Assembly: GCF_017348835.2 (NCBI RefSeq)
Contig: NZ_CP071375.1
Direction: 5' to 3' (one strand)
DNA: 64,000 nt
DNA from: Escherichia coli
GTDB lineage: Bacteria > Pseudomonadota > Gammaproteobacteria > Enterobacterales > Enterobacteriaceae
The translations under genes and the position numbers were made by a program. This document shows, one piece after another, positions 10,391 to 21,450 of this stretch (its first letter is position 1; each line of letters opens with the position of its first letter). The notes under the pieces are model-generated. The model saw only the letters and a program-made list of their open reading frames with translations. It searched no databases and was not told the origin of the DNA.

Positions 10391-11530
10391 TTACCAGTTA
10401 TGAATGTCGCTGGCTGTATCCGTCATGTAACGGACACCGCTAATAGTTGGCAGCAACTGATTGATCAGACGGTTCCAGCGGGAAACCGGGGCGGTGGTGA
10501 CATACACCACGTCATAAGGTTGCAGGCGGAATTCTGTCGCCATCACCAGCGACGTGGCATCGGACATATCCAGCTGGTAGATATTGGCAATCTTGCCGTT
10601 ACGCCCGCCCTCGCCTTTCAGCGGACGAATGACAAAGATGCCGCTGGCGTTGGAGGTGGTCATGTCGATGCCTTCAGCATTGCCCAGGGCTTCGGTCAGG
10701 GTCATGCCGCTAAAGTCCATTTTCAGGGTGCTCTGTTTCTTCACTTCACCCATCACAAATACTTTCAGATCATCATTACGCGGCACGTAGAGAATATCGC
10801 CGGGGTAAAGCAGTCGATTCTGGTTGAGGTCGCCGTTTTGCATCAGCGCCTGCAAAGAAATGCGCTCTTCACGACCATTGTGTGTTAGCACCACGTTGCG
10901 CCAGTCAGCGGTGTCGGTCAGGCCACCTGCGGCGTTGATGGCATCGAGAATGGTCAGTGGTACGTTGGTAATCGCCTGTTGACCGGATTTATTCACCTGG
11001 CCGGAGATATAGGCTTTTTGCGAGCGGAAGGCGGCGATATTAACGTCCACCTGCGGGTCAGCGATGTACGTCGCTAAGCGCCCGGTAATATCACTGCGGA
11101 TTTCAGCGAGCGTTTTCCCGACTACGTGAACCTTGCCGATATACGGGTAAAACATAGTGCCGTCAGGCTGTACCCAGTTGCCGGTGTCGCTGGAGCTGCG
11201 GTACTGACCGGCTGGCGTGGTGAGTTCCGGGTGATCCCAGACGGTGACATTCAGAACGTCCCCCGGCCCGACGCGATACTGGTAATTCGCGATCTCACTT
11301 TCCAGCGTCATATTGGGGCGCGCTACATTCGGGCGTGGGCGTAATTGGTCAATCAGGCGCGGGGTCAGCGGATAAACATTCACCATTTTGTCGAGATCGA
11401 AATCAGCGTCCTGCTGTTTGATGACGTCTTTGCCCATCGTCGACATATTGCTGCCCGGAAGTACTGTGCAACCGCTTATCAAGGTTACTGACACCAATAA
11501 TGGCATCAATTTCATTTTGGATTTCATCAT
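10391..11530 (-). CDS. wza: Outer-membrane polysaccharide export lipoprotein Wza
   Basis: 379-aa ORF with lipoprotein signal peptide (…[11 protein letters not shown]…); first gene of the wza-wzb-wzc-wca operon. Confidence 0.93.
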   Translation of the reverse strand: MMKSKMKLMPLLVSVTLISGCTVLPGSNMSTMGKDVIKQQDADFDLDKMVNVYPLTPRLIDQLRPRPNVARPNMTLESEIANYQYRVGPGDVLNVTVWDHPELTTPAGQYRSSSDTGNWVQPDGTMFYPYIGKVHVVGKTLAEIRSDITGRLATYIADPQVDVNIAAFRSQKAYISGQVNKSGQQAITNVPLTILDAINAAGGLTDTADWRNVVLTHNGREERISLQALMQNGDLNQNRLLYPGDILYVPRNDDLKVFVMGEVKKQSTLKMDFSGMTLTEALGNAEGIDMTTSNASGIFVIRPLKGEGGRNGKIANIYQLDMSDATSLVMATEFRLQPYDVVYVTTAPVSRWNRLINQLLPTISGVRYMTDTASDIHNW

Positions 11531-11708
11531 TGTTTATTTATCACTTTGGCAGAGTTATTATCCTGTGCACTATTAATAGCAATGTCGCCATGCACATTTA
11601 CCTTGCAGTTAATTGAATAAAAATTTAACTGGCATCAGTCCTAAAAAAATTGATTTCATCCGCAGGCTATTGACAGAATAATTCAGACTGGTCTTTCAGG
11701 CATCCAGA

Positions 11709-11720
11709 CACGCTACCGCC
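11709..11720 (-). promoter_or_regulatory. ops element (RfaH recruitment site) within the JUMPstart sequence of the wza leader
   Basis: Plus strand reads cacgctaccgcc, whose reverse complement is GGCGGTAGCGTG, the ops consensus; lies in the long untranslated leader upstream of wza. Confidence 0.7.
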
Positions 11721-11933
11721 CCTGGCTTTTTAGCTACCAATACACTGATTTAGCTTAATTTTTCAAACCCTCTCAACATACAGTCGTTGATGAGAAAGGG
11801 TTATTGTGGAAATTAACTTCCGAATATAAGGTGACATTATGGTAATTGAATATTGGCTCTCCAATAATGCAGGAGGAAGTGTTACAGCTAACGGAATAGC
11901 AGGCAAGGTAACAATTCGGCAATTGGCTATTTT

Positions 11934-11947
11934 TAAGAATTATATTA
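11934..11947. promoter_or_regulatory. Candidate RcsAB box upstream of the colanic acid operon promoter
   Basis: TAAGAATTATATTA resembles the remembered RcsAB-box consensus (TaAGaatatTCctA); placement upstream of wza is appropriate; exact site not verified. Confidence 0.3.
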
Positions 11948-12188
11948 AGTGTCATTCAATATAGTTTTTAGGAATTTCTTTAGATTGACAATAATTAATA
12001 TAGCGTCTCCACATGCGATATTTCTTAAATAATATTTTATTATTACCACTTTTAATTCAGGGATAATGCGATGTTCTAGCCCTCAAATAATGTGAGATAA
12101 ATAGTGCTGTGACATTGCATTTTTGCCCTGATTTATCCATGATCGAATTGTGACATTTGTCATACAACGAATAGGTTTTGTACTTACT

Positions 12189-13772
12189 ATGGAATGGATT
12201 GCCGATCCGTCTATCTGGGCCGGGTTAATCACGCTGATTGTGATCGAACTGGTCCTCGGCATTGATAACCTGGTCTTTATTGCCATCCTCGCCGAAAAAC
12301 TACCGCCGAAGCAGCGCGACCGCGCACGGGTTACCGGGCTGCTGCTGGCGATGTTAATGCGCCTGTTACTGCTGGCGTCAATCTCCTGGCTGGTCACCCT
12401 GACTCAACCGCTGTTCAGCTTCCGCTCGTTTACCTTTAGCGCCCGCGACTTAATCATGCTGATTGGTGGTTTCTTCCTGTTGTTCAAAGCCACGATGGAG
12501 CTGAACGAACGGCTGGAAGGGAAAGACAGCAATAATCCCACACAACGCAAAGGTGCGAAGTTCTGGGGCGTGGTGACACAAATTGTGGTACTGGACGCCA
12601 TCTTCTCACTCGACTCAGTGATTACCGCCGTCGGGATGGTCGACCATTTACTGGTCATGATGGCCGCCGTGGTTATCGCTATCAGCCTGATGTTGATGGC
12701 CAGCAAGCCGTTAACGCAATTTGTTAACAGTCACCCGACGATCGTTATTCTCTGCTTAAGCTTCCTGTTGATGATTGGCTTTAGTCTGGTGGCAGAAGGT
12801 TTCGGTTTCGTCATTCCGAAAGGCTACCTGTACGCTGCCATTGGTTTCTCGGTGATGATCGAGGCGCTCAATCAGTTGGCTATCTTTAACCGGCGACGTT
12901 TTCTTTCCGCTAACCAGACGCTGCGCCAGCGGACTACCGAAGCGGTAATGCGCCTGCTTAGCGGGCAAAAAGAGGATGCGGAACTGGACGCCGAAACCGC
13001 GTCCATGCTGGTGGATCATGGTAACCAGCAGATCTTTAATCCGCAGGAACGGCGGATGATTGAGCGGGTACTTAATCTTAACCAGCGTACCGTCAGCAGC
13101 ATTATGACGTCGCGCCACGATATTGAGCATATCGATCTCAACGCGCCGGAAGACGAGATCCGCCAGTTGCTGGAGCGAAATCAGCATACGCGGCTGGTGG
13201 TTACCGACGGTGATGACGCAGAAGATTTGCTCGGTGTTGTTCACGTTATCGACCTGCTACAACAGTCACTGCGCGGCGAACCGCTCAACCTGCGGGTGTT
13301 GATTCGCCAGCCGCTGGTGTTCCCGGAAACCTTGCCATTGTTACCTGCCCTGGAGCAGTTCCGTAATGCCCGCACACACTTTGCTTTTGTGGTGGATGAG
13401 TTTGGTTCAGTGGAAGGGATTGTGACATTAAGTGACGTCACTGAAACCATTGCCGGTAACTTACCGAACGAAGTGGAAGAGATCGACGCCCGCCATGATA
13501 TTCAGAAGAATGCGGACGGATCCTGGACGGCGAATGGTCATATGCCGCTGGAAGATCTGGTGCAATATGTGCCGCTGCCGCTGGATGAAAAACGTGAATA
13601 TCACACCATTGCCGGGCTGTTGATGGAGTATTTGCAGCGTATTCCAAAACCTGGCGAAGAAGTTCAGGTGGGGGATTATTTGCTTAAAACGTTGCAGGTA
13701 GAAAGCCATCGCGTGCAGAAGGTGCAAATTATTCCGCTTCGTAAGGATGGCGAGATGGAGTACGAGGTGTGA
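12189..13772 (+). CDS. yegH: Inner-membrane protein YegH (TerC-family membrane domain plus CBS pair and CorC/HlyC C-terminal domain)
   Basis: ORF track 540 aa; ATG at 12189 gives the 527-aa product [30 protein letters not shown]... Confidence 0.9.
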   Translation: MEWIADPSIWAGLITLIVIELVLGIDNLVFIAILAEKLPPKQRDRARVTGLLLAMLMRLLLLASISWLVTLTQPLFSFRSFTFSARDLIMLIGGFFLLFKATMELNERLEGKDSNNPTQRKGAKFWGVVTQIVVLDAIFSLDSVITAVGMVDHLLVMMAAVVIAISLMLMASKPLTQFVNSHPTIVILCLSFLLMIGFSLVAEGFGFVIPKGYLYAAIGFSVMIEALNQLAIFNRRRFLSANQTLRQRTTEAVMRLLSGQKEDAELDAETASMLVDHGNQQIFNPQERRMIERVLNLNQRTVSSIMTSRHDIEHIDLNAPEDEIRQLLERNQHTRLVVTDGDDAEDLLGVVHVIDLLQQSLRGEPLNLRVLIRQPLVFPETLPLLPALEQFRNARTHFAFVVDEFGSVEGIVTLSDVTETIAGNLPNEVEEIDARHDIQKNADGSWTANGHMPLEDLVQYVPLPLDEKREYHTIAGLLMEYLQRIPKPGEEVQVGDYLLKTLQVESHRVQKVQIIPLRKDGEMEYEV

Positions 13773-13781
13773 TAAAACATC

Positions 13782-13818
13782 AAATGCGCAGGTTCAAACT
13801 GCGCATTTGATTTATACA
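13782..13818 (+). terminator. Intrinsic terminator after yegH
   Basis: Hairpin caaatgcgcag-(gttcaaa)-ctgcgcatttg followed by a T-rich tract. Confidence 0.55.
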
Positions 13819-13846
13819 AAATTTAGTATAATCTAAGGATGGAGTA

Positions 13847-14185
13847 ATGAGAAAAAAGCTGGCTTTTCTTGATACCAGTCTTGACGATTTACGCGCATTT
13901 CCAGAATCGTCTCGACAGGAAATTGGCTATCAACTCGACAGGATCCAACAAGGGTTAAACCCATACGACTGGAAACCTTTTTCAACTATCGGCCCTGGTG
14001 TGCGAGAGATTCGTACTCGCGATGCTGATGGGATCTATCGCGTCATGTATGTCGCAAAATTTGAAGAAGCGGTTTACGTATTGCATTGTTTTCAAAAGAA
14101 AACACAGACTACCAGTCAATCGGATATTGATTTAGCCAAACGACGCTATAAAGAACTTGTTCAGGAGCGGAAAAATGAAAATTGA
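13847..14185 (+). CDS. Type II toxin, RelE/ParE superfamily, HigB-like (phage Gp49-like)
   Basis: 112-aa ORF MRKKLAFLDTSLDDLRAFPESSRQEIGYQLDRIQQGL...VYVLHCFQKKTQ; small basic protein, toxin-first gene order, overlaps the following HTH gene; RBS aaggatgga upstream. Confidence 0.65.
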   Translation: MRKKLAFLDTSLDDLRAFPESSRQEIGYQLDRIQQGLNPYDWKPFSTIGPGVREIRTRDADGIYRVMYVAKFEEAVYVLHCFQKKTQTTSQSDIDLAKRRYKELVQERKNEN

Positions 14186-14465
14186 AACCTTTGATAGTGT
14201 GTGGGATGCGGTGAGTGACACCCCTGAACAAGCGGAAAATATGCGGATCCGTGCCGAGCTTGTAACGATCATTAATAACTGGATTGAACAACAAGGGATT
14301 AGCCAGGCTCAGGCAGCTTCTGCTTTAGGGGTCACTCAACCTCGCATCTCTGAACTTGCCAGAGGTAAAATCCAGATCTTTAGTATCGATAAATTGATCA
14401 CCATGATGGCTCATGCAGGACTACATATTCAACGTATTGAAGTTCAATATCCACATGCTGCTTAG
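14175..14465 (+). CDS. Type II antitoxin, XRE-family helix-turn-helix, HigA-like
   Basis: ORF 14157..14465; likely start at ATG 14175 (MKIETFDSVW..., RBS ggagcgg); HTH motif ISQAQAASALGVTQPRISELARGK; overlaps the toxin stop by 11 nt. Confidence 0.65.
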   Translation: MKIETFDSVWDAVSDTPEQAENMRIRAELVTIINNWIEQQGISQAQAASALGVTQPRISELARGKIQIFSIDKLITMMAHAGLHIQRIEVQYPHAA

Positions 14466-14477
14466 TGCTATAAATAC

Positions 14478-14505
14478 AGATGGCGACAAATTGATGCCGC
14501 CATCT
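14478..14505. terminator. Hairpin between convergent higA-like gene and asmA (likely bidirectional terminator)
   Basis: agatggcg-(12 nt loop)-cgccatct palindrome flanked by A/T-rich sequence on both sides. Confidence 0.4.
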
Positions 14506-14517
14506 ATATAACTTGTC

Positions 14518-16371
14518 TTACATCTTCTCCAGCAACTTCTTCACATCTTTGCCATTGCGGGAATCTTTATTCCGCTCGGCCCAGTCATTCAGGCGACGTT
14601 TCGCTTCGTCCTGTAGATGTTTGCGCAGTAACTGATCCACTTGCAGACTGTAATTGAGTTGCTGCCAGTTGCCATAAACCCGCAGCGGTACTGGCGTTTC
14701 TTTGAGGAAATCAATCAGTTTGCTTTCCCCGTTCCAGCCACCCACGACCCGAATATCAAACTGGGTGTCGCAGGTTTGATCTGCCAGATTCAACATACCT
14801 TCCCCTGTCAACGCCAGCACAGGCGATTGACCTTGCATGTCGTTTAACGTCACGACGCCATCCTTCAACGTCAAATCGGTGGTAAAGCGGTCAAGACGCG
14901 TCACGTTATCGAAGTTTTCAGCGGCCTTCACATCACCACCATTACGTTCTACCGCTTGCTGAATCATCTGCTGGAAGTTCATCCCTTCCATGCGCGTATC
15001 GGCCATTTCGACATGCGCCGTCCCCTGCCAGTTGTGGCGGAATGCGTCGGCATCTATGTCAGCACCGGAGAAATCACCAGCCAGTGACATCTTTCCGGTC
15101 AACGAAATCGGATAGTTAAACGCCTTCAGAATGGTGCCAATCTCAACGTTTTCCAGCCGTGGCTGGAAGTTTATCCGCGGATTTATTGATGTCGCGTCCA
15201 GCGTGCCCGGCAGTGAAACCTGTCCACCGTTAAGTTTGCCCTGCAGTTGAGTAATTTCCAGCAAACCCGACTTGTTGGTCATTTGCGTGGCAACATCTGT
15301 AAAATTCATTCCGCGCCAGCGCACGTTACTGGCCTGCAACAAAATATCAGCCGTAAAGCCTTGCAGTCCCTGATAGGCCGGTTCATCAATACGCGAAGAA
15401 ATGACCGGGCGCGGCAACGTTGATTGGCTCTGCCCCTGCTGCGCGGCACCGTTTTCACCATTCGCGGTTTCATTAAGCGGGATGAGGTTGTCAAGATTCA
15501 GTTGCGGGAATTGCAGCCTCAGCTGCCATTCCGGTTTCTCTGTCAGCGTGACCTGTGCTTGCCCGCTCAGCGTACTATCATTGGCGGTCAAACTAATTTG
15601 GTTAAATGAAAGGCGTTTATGTGACTCCTGCCACTGGGCCTGGAAACTCCCCTGCCCCTGAATACCTTGTTTTGGTAAATCTGCACCCTGCAACTGCCAG
15701 TTAATTTGTTCAATAGCCGCCGTTAAATCATGCGGATAATCAGAAGCATCTACCGTACCGTTAAGGGATATCGTGAGATCGCGCTGATCGCGATTAACCC
15801 GCCCGGAGAACTCAAATGAGCCACGATGTTGGGGATCTTGTTCCATTTGCAGGCGGATATTGCGGATTGTCACCTGCTCGTCATCTTCATGCTGGAACAC
15901 CAGAACGCTGTCCGCCACCTTAAGACTGGATATATCAAACGACCATCCGCGATCGTCTGACAGATCCGGCAAGGTATTGTCGCGCGGTGCAACCGGAGCG
16001 TCTTCACTGCGCACCGCTTCCGTCTGCGGCGTCAGTTGGATCACTGCCCCTTTTAGCATCACCTGCTTAACGCTCAGTTGATGACTCAGTAGTGGTAAAA
16101 GCGCCACGTCCAGGCGCATGTTGTCGGCGCGAACCAGTGGCTGGCTCGCGCCCTGGGCGGTGAGAGACATTCGCCCGGAGAGGATACTAAGCTGCGGCCA
16201 GACGTGCCAACGCAGTGGCCCGTCGAGCTGCAATTGATAACCGCTACGTGCAGCAACTTGCTTGACCATATAGTCGCGGAAATCATTCGGATTCACCAGC
16301 AACACTAACGCAGATAACCCGGCCACCAGCACGACCAGGAGTATCATCAGCGTCGTCAGAAATCGTCTCAT
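14518..16371 (-). CDS. asmA: Outer-membrane protein assembly factor AsmA
   Basis: 617-aa ORF MRRFLTTLMILLVVLVAGLSALVLLVNPNDFRDYMVKQV...; N-terminal anchor plus long periplasmic domain. Confidence 0.92.
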   Translation of the reverse strand: MRRFLTTLMILLVVLVAGLSALVLLVNPNDFRDYMVKQVAARSGYQLQLDGPLRWHVWPQLSILSGRMSLTAQGASQPLVRADNMRLDVALLPLLSHQLSVKQVMLKGAVIQLTPQTEAVRSEDAPVAPRDNTLPDLSDDRGWSFDISSLKVADSVLVFQHEDDEQVTIRNIRLQMEQDPQHRGSFEFSGRVNRDQRDLTISLNGTVDASDYPHDLTAAIEQINWQLQGADLPKQGIQGQGSFQAQWQESHKRLSFNQISLTANDSTLSGQAQVTLTEKPEWQLRLQFPQLNLDNLIPLNETANGENGAAQQGQSQSTLPRPVISSRIDEPAYQGLQGFTADILLQASNVRWRGMNFTDVATQMTNKSGLLEITQLQGKLNGGQVSLPGTLDATSINPRINFQPRLENVEIGTILKAFNYPISLTGKMSLAGDFSGADIDADAFRHNWQGTAHVEMADTRMEGMNFQQMIQQAVERNGGDVKAAENFDNVTRLDRFTTDLTLKDGVVTLNDMQGQSPVLALTGEGMLNLADQTCDTQFDIRVVGGWNGESKLIDFLKETPVPLRVYGNWQQLNYSLQVDQLLRKHLQDEAKRRLNDWAERNKDSRNGKDVKKLLEKM

Positions 16372-16392
16372 GGTATCCTCAATGGGCCTGAA

Positions 16393-16974
16393 TTAGTCTT
16401 TATCGATTCGGCTGGCTACCGCGCCCTGCTGGTTGCGATATTTCGCATCTTCACGGCGGTTGTAAGGTCGCGCCGCCGGGCCGGAAAGCGGCTCAAAGCT
16501 CAGCGCACCAATTAACATGCCCGGACGTAGCGCCAGCGGCAGCTTACCGGAGTTGTAGAACTCCAGCACAATGCAGCCAGACCAGCCCGGATCGATGCGG
16601 TGCGCGGTGACGTGCACCATCAGCCCCAGACGCGCCAAGGAGGAACGCCCGTCCAGCCAGCCCACCAGATCGGCTGGCAGCGTCACCGACTCCAGCGTCA
16701 CCGCCAGCGCCAGCTCTCCTGGGTGAAGATAGAACGCCTCGCTTTCATCGAGAACGATCTCATCGCTCATCACGCGATCAAGCGCGGCGCTCACTTCATC
16801 TTTGGGACCGCTCAGATCGATAAACGCTGCCGTGTGACCACGGAAGGTACGAAATTTATTGCCCAGGCGTACATCCACCGTCGCGCCGTTAATACGCTCC
16901 ACTGGCGGACGTGGGTTGATCGACAAACGGCCTTCATCAAGCCAGGCTTCAATATCTCGGTCACACAGACGCAT
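16393..16974 (-). CDS. dcd: dCTP deaminase
   Basis: 193-aa [26 protein letters not shown]... Confidence 0.95.
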   Translation of the reverse strand: MRLCDRDIEAWLDEGRLSINPRPPVERINGATVDVRLGNKFRTFRGHTAAFIDLSGPKDEVSAALDRVMSDEIVLDESEAFYLHPGELALAVTLESVTLPADLVGWLDGRSSLARLGLMVHVTAHRIDPGWSGCIVLEFYNSGKLPLALRPGMLIGALSFEPLSGPAARPYNRREDAKYRNQQGAVASRIDKD

Positions 16975-17065
16975 GGCATTTTCTCCTTTCGCGCATCACT
17001 CCCTTAACGCCAATTACGTCAAGGGCATACCAGGTTATCACTGAACGGTACACAATTTATCAAGC

Positions 17066-17707
17066 TTATTCAAAGAACTGACTTATTTTCGCTTTCAATA
17101 TATCGATCGCGATGCGGTTTTTCCCGCCGCGCGGCACGATAATGTCCGCATATTGTTTAGAAGGCTCAATGAATTGCAGGAACATTGGGCGCACGGTTTT
17201 TTGATATTGCGCCATCACGGAATCCATTGAACGCCCACGCTCGTTAACGTCACGCTTGATGCGGCGCATCAGGCAGATATCCAGCGGGGTATCAACGAAA
17301 ATGGAGAAGTTAAGTTCGTCACGCAAACGCGCATCCGTCAGCAACAAAATGCCTTCGAGAATGATGACTTTCTTCGGCTCAACCGTCACCGTTTCTTTCA
17401 TACGCGTATGTTCAACATAGCTGTAAACCGGCAGGTCAATTGCCGAGCCGCGTTTCAACGCTTGTAAATGCTCAAGCAACAGGCTGTGATCCATCGCGCT
17501 GGGATGGTCGTAGTTGGTCTTAACGCGTTCTTCCATCGACAGATGGCTTTGATCTTTGTAATAGCAGTCTTCGGGAATTACGCCGATGTGTTCATCACCG
17601 ACTTGCTCACGTAATTCACGATAAAGGGTACTGGCAATAAGACTCTTGCCGGAAGCCGATGCGCCAGCGATACCGATAATGACGCACTGATGAGACTGAT
17701 CAGTCAT
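17066..17707 (-). CDS. udk: Uridine/cytidine kinase
   Basis: ORF track 234 aa; ATG at 17705-17707 gives the 213-aa product [27 protein letters not shown]... (P-loop). Confidence 0.93.
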
Positions 17708-18024
17708 ATATTTAGCGACCTGATTAACCTGGATGTTAGGAAGGGGGCGACGAAGCGCCAAACGCGGCAATTATAGGGATTTCATCCGCCTGATACCAGT
17801 CGAATAGCGTTGCCGCGCGCTCAGAGTTAATTGTTGACGAAGAATTCCCGGTGGCAAATTACGTTGATCAGTTTTATACAAGGTAAAAATTGTTATACGC
17901 AGTTGCGCAAATTATCCGCCTTTACGTCACTTTATGAGCAATTCGCATATAAAATGTAAAACTTTTGTACTAGCATAAACACAGAAACGAATACTGGCGA
18001 CCTGGCCTTGCGGATAAAGCGGTA

Positions 18025-21000
18025 ATGAGCAAACAATCACAGCATGTATTAATTGCCCTGCCCCACCCGCTGCTTCACCTGGTCAGTTTAGGTTTAGTCT
18101 CGTTTATCTTCACCCTTTTCTCGCTTGAGCTTTCGCAGTTTGGCACCCAACTCGCCCCACTGTGGTTCCCGACGTCCATCATGATGGTGGCGTTTTATCG
18201 CCATGCCGGGCGCATGTGGCCGGGAATTGCGCTGAGCTGTTCGCTGGGAAATATCGCCGCATCCATCCTGCTTTTTTCCACCAGCTCGCTGAACATCACC
18301 TGGACGACCATCAATATTGTTGAAGCCGTGGTCGGGGCAGTGCTGCTACGTAAATTGCTGCCGTGGTATAACCCCTTGCAAAATCTGGCTGACTGGCTGC
18401 GTCTGGCACTCGGCAGCGCCATTGTTCCGCCTCTGTTGGGGGGTGTTCTTGTTGTCCTGCTGACGCCCGGAGACGATCCTCTCAGGGCATTTTTGATATG
18501 GGTACTGTCAGAATCCATCGGCGCTCTGGCACTGGTGCCGCTGGGATTGTTATTTAAACCACACTATCTGCTGCGCCATCGCAACCCACGGTTGCTTTTT
18601 GAGTCGCTGCTCACGTTAGCCATCACACTGACGTTAAGCTGGCTTTCGATGCTGTATCTGCCGTGGCCTTTTACTTTCATTATTGTGCTGTTGATGTGGA
18701 GCGCCGTGCGCCTGCCACGAATGGAAGCTTTTTTGATCTTCCTTACCACGGTGATGATGGTGTCACTGATGATGGCCGCGGATCCCTCCCTGCTTGCTAC
18801 GCCGCGTACGTACCTGATGAGCCATATGCCGTGGCTACCGTTTTTGCTGATCCTGCTGCCCGCCAACATCATGACCATGGTGATGTATGCCTTTCGTGCG
18901 GAACGCAAACACATTTCCGAAAGCGAAACCCGCTTTCGGAACGCGATGGAATATTCCGCTATCGGTATGGCGTTAGTGGGCACCGAGGGACAATGGCTGC
19001 AATCCAACAAAGCGCTCTGCCAGTTTCTCGGTTACAGTCAGGAAGAGCTGCGCGGACTCACCTTTCAGCAACTGACCTGGCCGGAGGATCTCAATAAAGA
19101 TCTCCAACAGGTTGAAAAGCTGATAAGCGGTGAAATAAACACCTATTCAATGGAAAAACGCTACTACAACCGTAATGGCGATGTTGTCTGGGCGTTGCTT
19201 GCCGTCTCACTGGTGCGCCACACGGATGGCACGCCGCTCTATTTTATCGCTCAGATTGAAGACATTAACGAGCTAAAACGCACCGAACAGGTGAATCAGC
19301 AACTGATGGAACGCATCACGCTGGCTAACGAAGCGGGCGGGATTGGCATCTGGGAGTGGGAGTTGAAGCCGAATATTTTTAGCTGGGATAAGCGGATGTT
19401 CGAGCTGTATGAAATTCCTCCACATATCAAACCGAACTGGCAGGTGTGGTACGAGTGCGTGCTGCCGGAAGATCGCCAGCATGCCGAAAAAGTGATTCGT
19501 GATTCGTTGCAATCACGCTCGCCCTTTAAACTGGAATTTCGCATTACCGTAAAAGACGGTATTCGCCATATCCGCGCCCTCGCCAACCGGGTACTGAATA
19601 AAGAAGGCGAAGTCGAACGCCTGCTCGGCATTAATATGGATATGACCGAGGTTAAACAGCTTAACGAGGCATTGTTTCAGGAAAAAGAGCGCCTGCACAT
19701 TACGCTTGATTCCATCGGTGAAGCCGTGGTCTGTATTGATATGGCGATGAAAATTACCTTTATGAATCCGGTGGCGGAGAAGATGAGCGGCTGGGCGCAG
19801 GAAGAAGTATTAGGTGTTCCGCTCCTGACGGTGTTGCATATTACTTTTGGCGACAACGGACCATTAATGGAGAACATTTACAGTGCCGACACCTCACGTT
19901 CCGCGATCGAACAAGATGTGGTGTTGCACTGTCGGAGCGGCGGCAGTTACGACGTGCATTACAGTATTACGCCGTTAAGTACTCTGGACGGCAGCAATAT
20001 TGGTTCGGTTCTGGTGATTCAGGACGTTACCGAATCACGCAAAATGCTGCGCCAGCTGAGCTACAGCGCCTCCCATGATGCACTGACGCATCTCGCCAAC
20101 CGCGCCAGTTTTGAGAAACAACTGCGTATCCTGCTGCAAACGGTAAACAGTACGCATCAGCGACATGCACTGGTGTTTATCGATCTTGATCGCTTTAAAG
20201 CGGTGAATGACAGCGCCGGGCATGCGGCGGGCGACGCTTTGCTGCGCGAACTGGCGTCGTTGATGCTGAGTATGCTGCGCTCCAGTGACGTGCTGGCGCG
20301 GCTCGGCGGTGATGAATTTGGTCTGCTGCTGCCAGACTGCAATGTTGAAAGCGCTCGTTTTATCGCTACACGTATTATCAGTGCTGTGAATGACTATCAC
20401 TTTATATGGGAAGGCCGGGTACATCGGGTAGGTGCCAGCGCCGGGATTACCTTGATCGATGACAACAATCATCAGGCGGCAGAAGTGATGTCGCAGGCTG
20501 ATATCGCCTGTTATGCCTCCAAAAATGGTGGACGGGGCCGGGTGACGGTTTACGAACCACAGCAAGCTGCCGCACATAGCGAACGGGCGGCGATGTCGCT
20601 TGATGAACAGTGGCGGATGATTAAAGAGAATCAGTTGATGATGATCGCCCACGGTGTCGCTTCGCCGCGGATCCCGGAAGCGCGTAATTTGTGGCTGATT
20701 TCACTTAAGCTCTGGAGTTGCGAAGGCGAGATTATTGATGAACAAACATTTCGTCGTAGCTTCAGCGATCCGGCGCTTAGCCATGCTCTTGACCGCCGGG
20801 TATTCCACGAATTTTTCCAGCAGGCCGCAAAAGCGGTTGCCAGTAAAGGCATAAGCATCGCCCTCCCCCTTTCCGTTGCCGGTTTGAGTAGCGCCATGCT
20901 GGTGAATGACCTGGTTGAGCAGCTGGAAAATAGCCCTCTACCACCACGGTTATTACATCTGATTATTCCGGCTGAAGCGATTTTAGATCACGCAGAAAGC

Positions 21001-21342
21001 GTGCAAAAACTGCGGCTGGCGGGATGTCGGATAGTGCTCAGCCAGGTGGGCCGCGATCTGCAAATCTTCAACTCGCTGAAAGCGAATATGGCAGATTACC
21101 TGCTACTTGATGGTGAGTTATGCGCCAACGTGCAGGGTAATTTGATGGATGAGATGCTGATTACGATTATTCAGGGGCACGCTCAGCGACTCGGGATGAA
21201 AACCATCGCCGGGCCAGTCGTTTTACCCTTAGTGATGGATACGCTTTCTGGCATCGACGTCGATCTGATTTATGGTGATGTGATTGCCGATGCCCAACCG
21301 CTGGATTTGCTGGTGAATAGTAGTTATTTCGCGATTAACTGA
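18025..21342 (+). CDS. dgcE: Diguanylate cyclase DgcE (MASE1 membrane domain, PAS domains, GGDEF, degenerate EAL)
   Basis: 1105-aa ORF; N-terminal multi-pass membrane region, PAS-like blocks, GGDEF signature (RLGGDEFGLLL) and a C-terminal EAL-like domain. Confidence 0.9.
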   Translation: MSKQSQHVLIALPHPLLHLVSLGLVSFIFTLFSLELSQFGTQLAPLWFPTSIMMVAFYRHAGRMWPGIALSCSLGNIAASILLFSTSSLNITWTTINIVEAVVGAVLLRKLLPWYNPLQNLADWLRLALGSAIVPPLLGGVLVVLLTPGDDPLRAFLIWVLSESIGALALVPLGLLFKPHYLLRHRNPRLLFESLLTLAITLTLSWLSMLYLPWPFTFIIVLLMWSAVRLPRMEAFLIFLTTVMMVSLMMAADPSLLATPRTYLMSHMPWLPFLLILLPANIMTMVMYAFRAERKHISESETRFRNAMEYSAIGMALVGTEGQWLQSNKALCQFLGYSQEELRGLTFQQLTWPEDLNKDLQQVEKLISGEINTYSMEKRYYNRNGDVVWALLAVSLVRHTDGTPLYFIAQIEDINELKRTEQVNQQLMERITLANEAGGIGIWEWELKPNIFSWDKRMFELYEIPPHIKPNWQVWYECVLPEDRQHAEKVIRDSLQSRSPFKLEFRITVKDGIRHIRALANRVLNKEGEVERLLGINMDMTEVKQLNEALFQEKERLHITLDSIGEAVVCIDMAMKITFMNPVAEKMSGWAQEEVLGVPLLTVLHITFGDNGPLMENIYSADTSRSAIEQDVVLHCRSGGSYDVHYSITPLSTLDGSNIGSVLVIQDVTESRKMLRQLSYSASHDALTHLANRASFEKQLRILLQTVNSTHQRHALVFIDLDRFKAVNDSAGHAAGDALLRELASLMLSMLRSSDVLARLGGDEFGLLLPDCNVESARFIATRIISAVNDYHFIWEGRVHRVGASAGITLIDDNNHQAAEVMSQADIACYASKNGGRGRVTVYEPQQAAAHSERAAMSLDEQWRMIKENQLMMIAHGVASPRIPEARNLWLISLKLWSCEGEIIDEQTFRRSFSDPALSHALDRRVFHEFFQQAAKAVASKGISIALPLSVAGLSSAMLVNDLVEQLENSPLPPRLLHLIIPAEAILDHAESVQKLRLAGCRIVLSQVGRDLQIFNSLKANMADYLLLDGELCANVQGNLMDEMLITIIQGHAQRLGMKTIAGPVVLPLVMDTLSGIDVDLIYGDVIADAQPLDLLVNSSYFAIN

Positions 21343-21351
21343 GGCGTGCTT

Positions 21352-21448
21352 CCCCATCGCCTGATGCGACGCTAACGCGTCTTATCATGCCTACAAATCG
21401 CTCATTCTCCAGGCCGGATAAGGCGCTCGCACCGCATCCGGCGACCAA
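21352..21448. repeat. REP/BIME element between dgcE and alkA
   Basis: cctgatgcgacgctaacgcgtcttatcatgcctac...ccggataaggcgctcgcaccgcatccggcg, inverted REP units. Confidence 0.65.
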
Positions 21449-21450
21449 CG

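Noticed and set aside
11773-11955. 60-aa minus-strand ORF in the wza-yegH intergenic region
   Set aside because: AT-rich, Cys/Asn-rich composition, no convincing Shine-Dalgarno sequence; it overlaps the presumed cps promoter and RcsAB-box region, so it is more likely regulatory DNA than a gene.
13808-13846. Perfect TATAAT hexamer at 13828-13833 upstream of the HigB-like gene
   Set aside because: It would place the transcription start inside or immediately next to the ribosome-binding site, and the best upstream TTGATT has only a 14-bp spacer, so I am not confident this is the promoter.
20035-20652. 205-aa minus-strand ORF
   Set aside because: Antisense within the dgcE GGDEF/EAL region; shadow frame.
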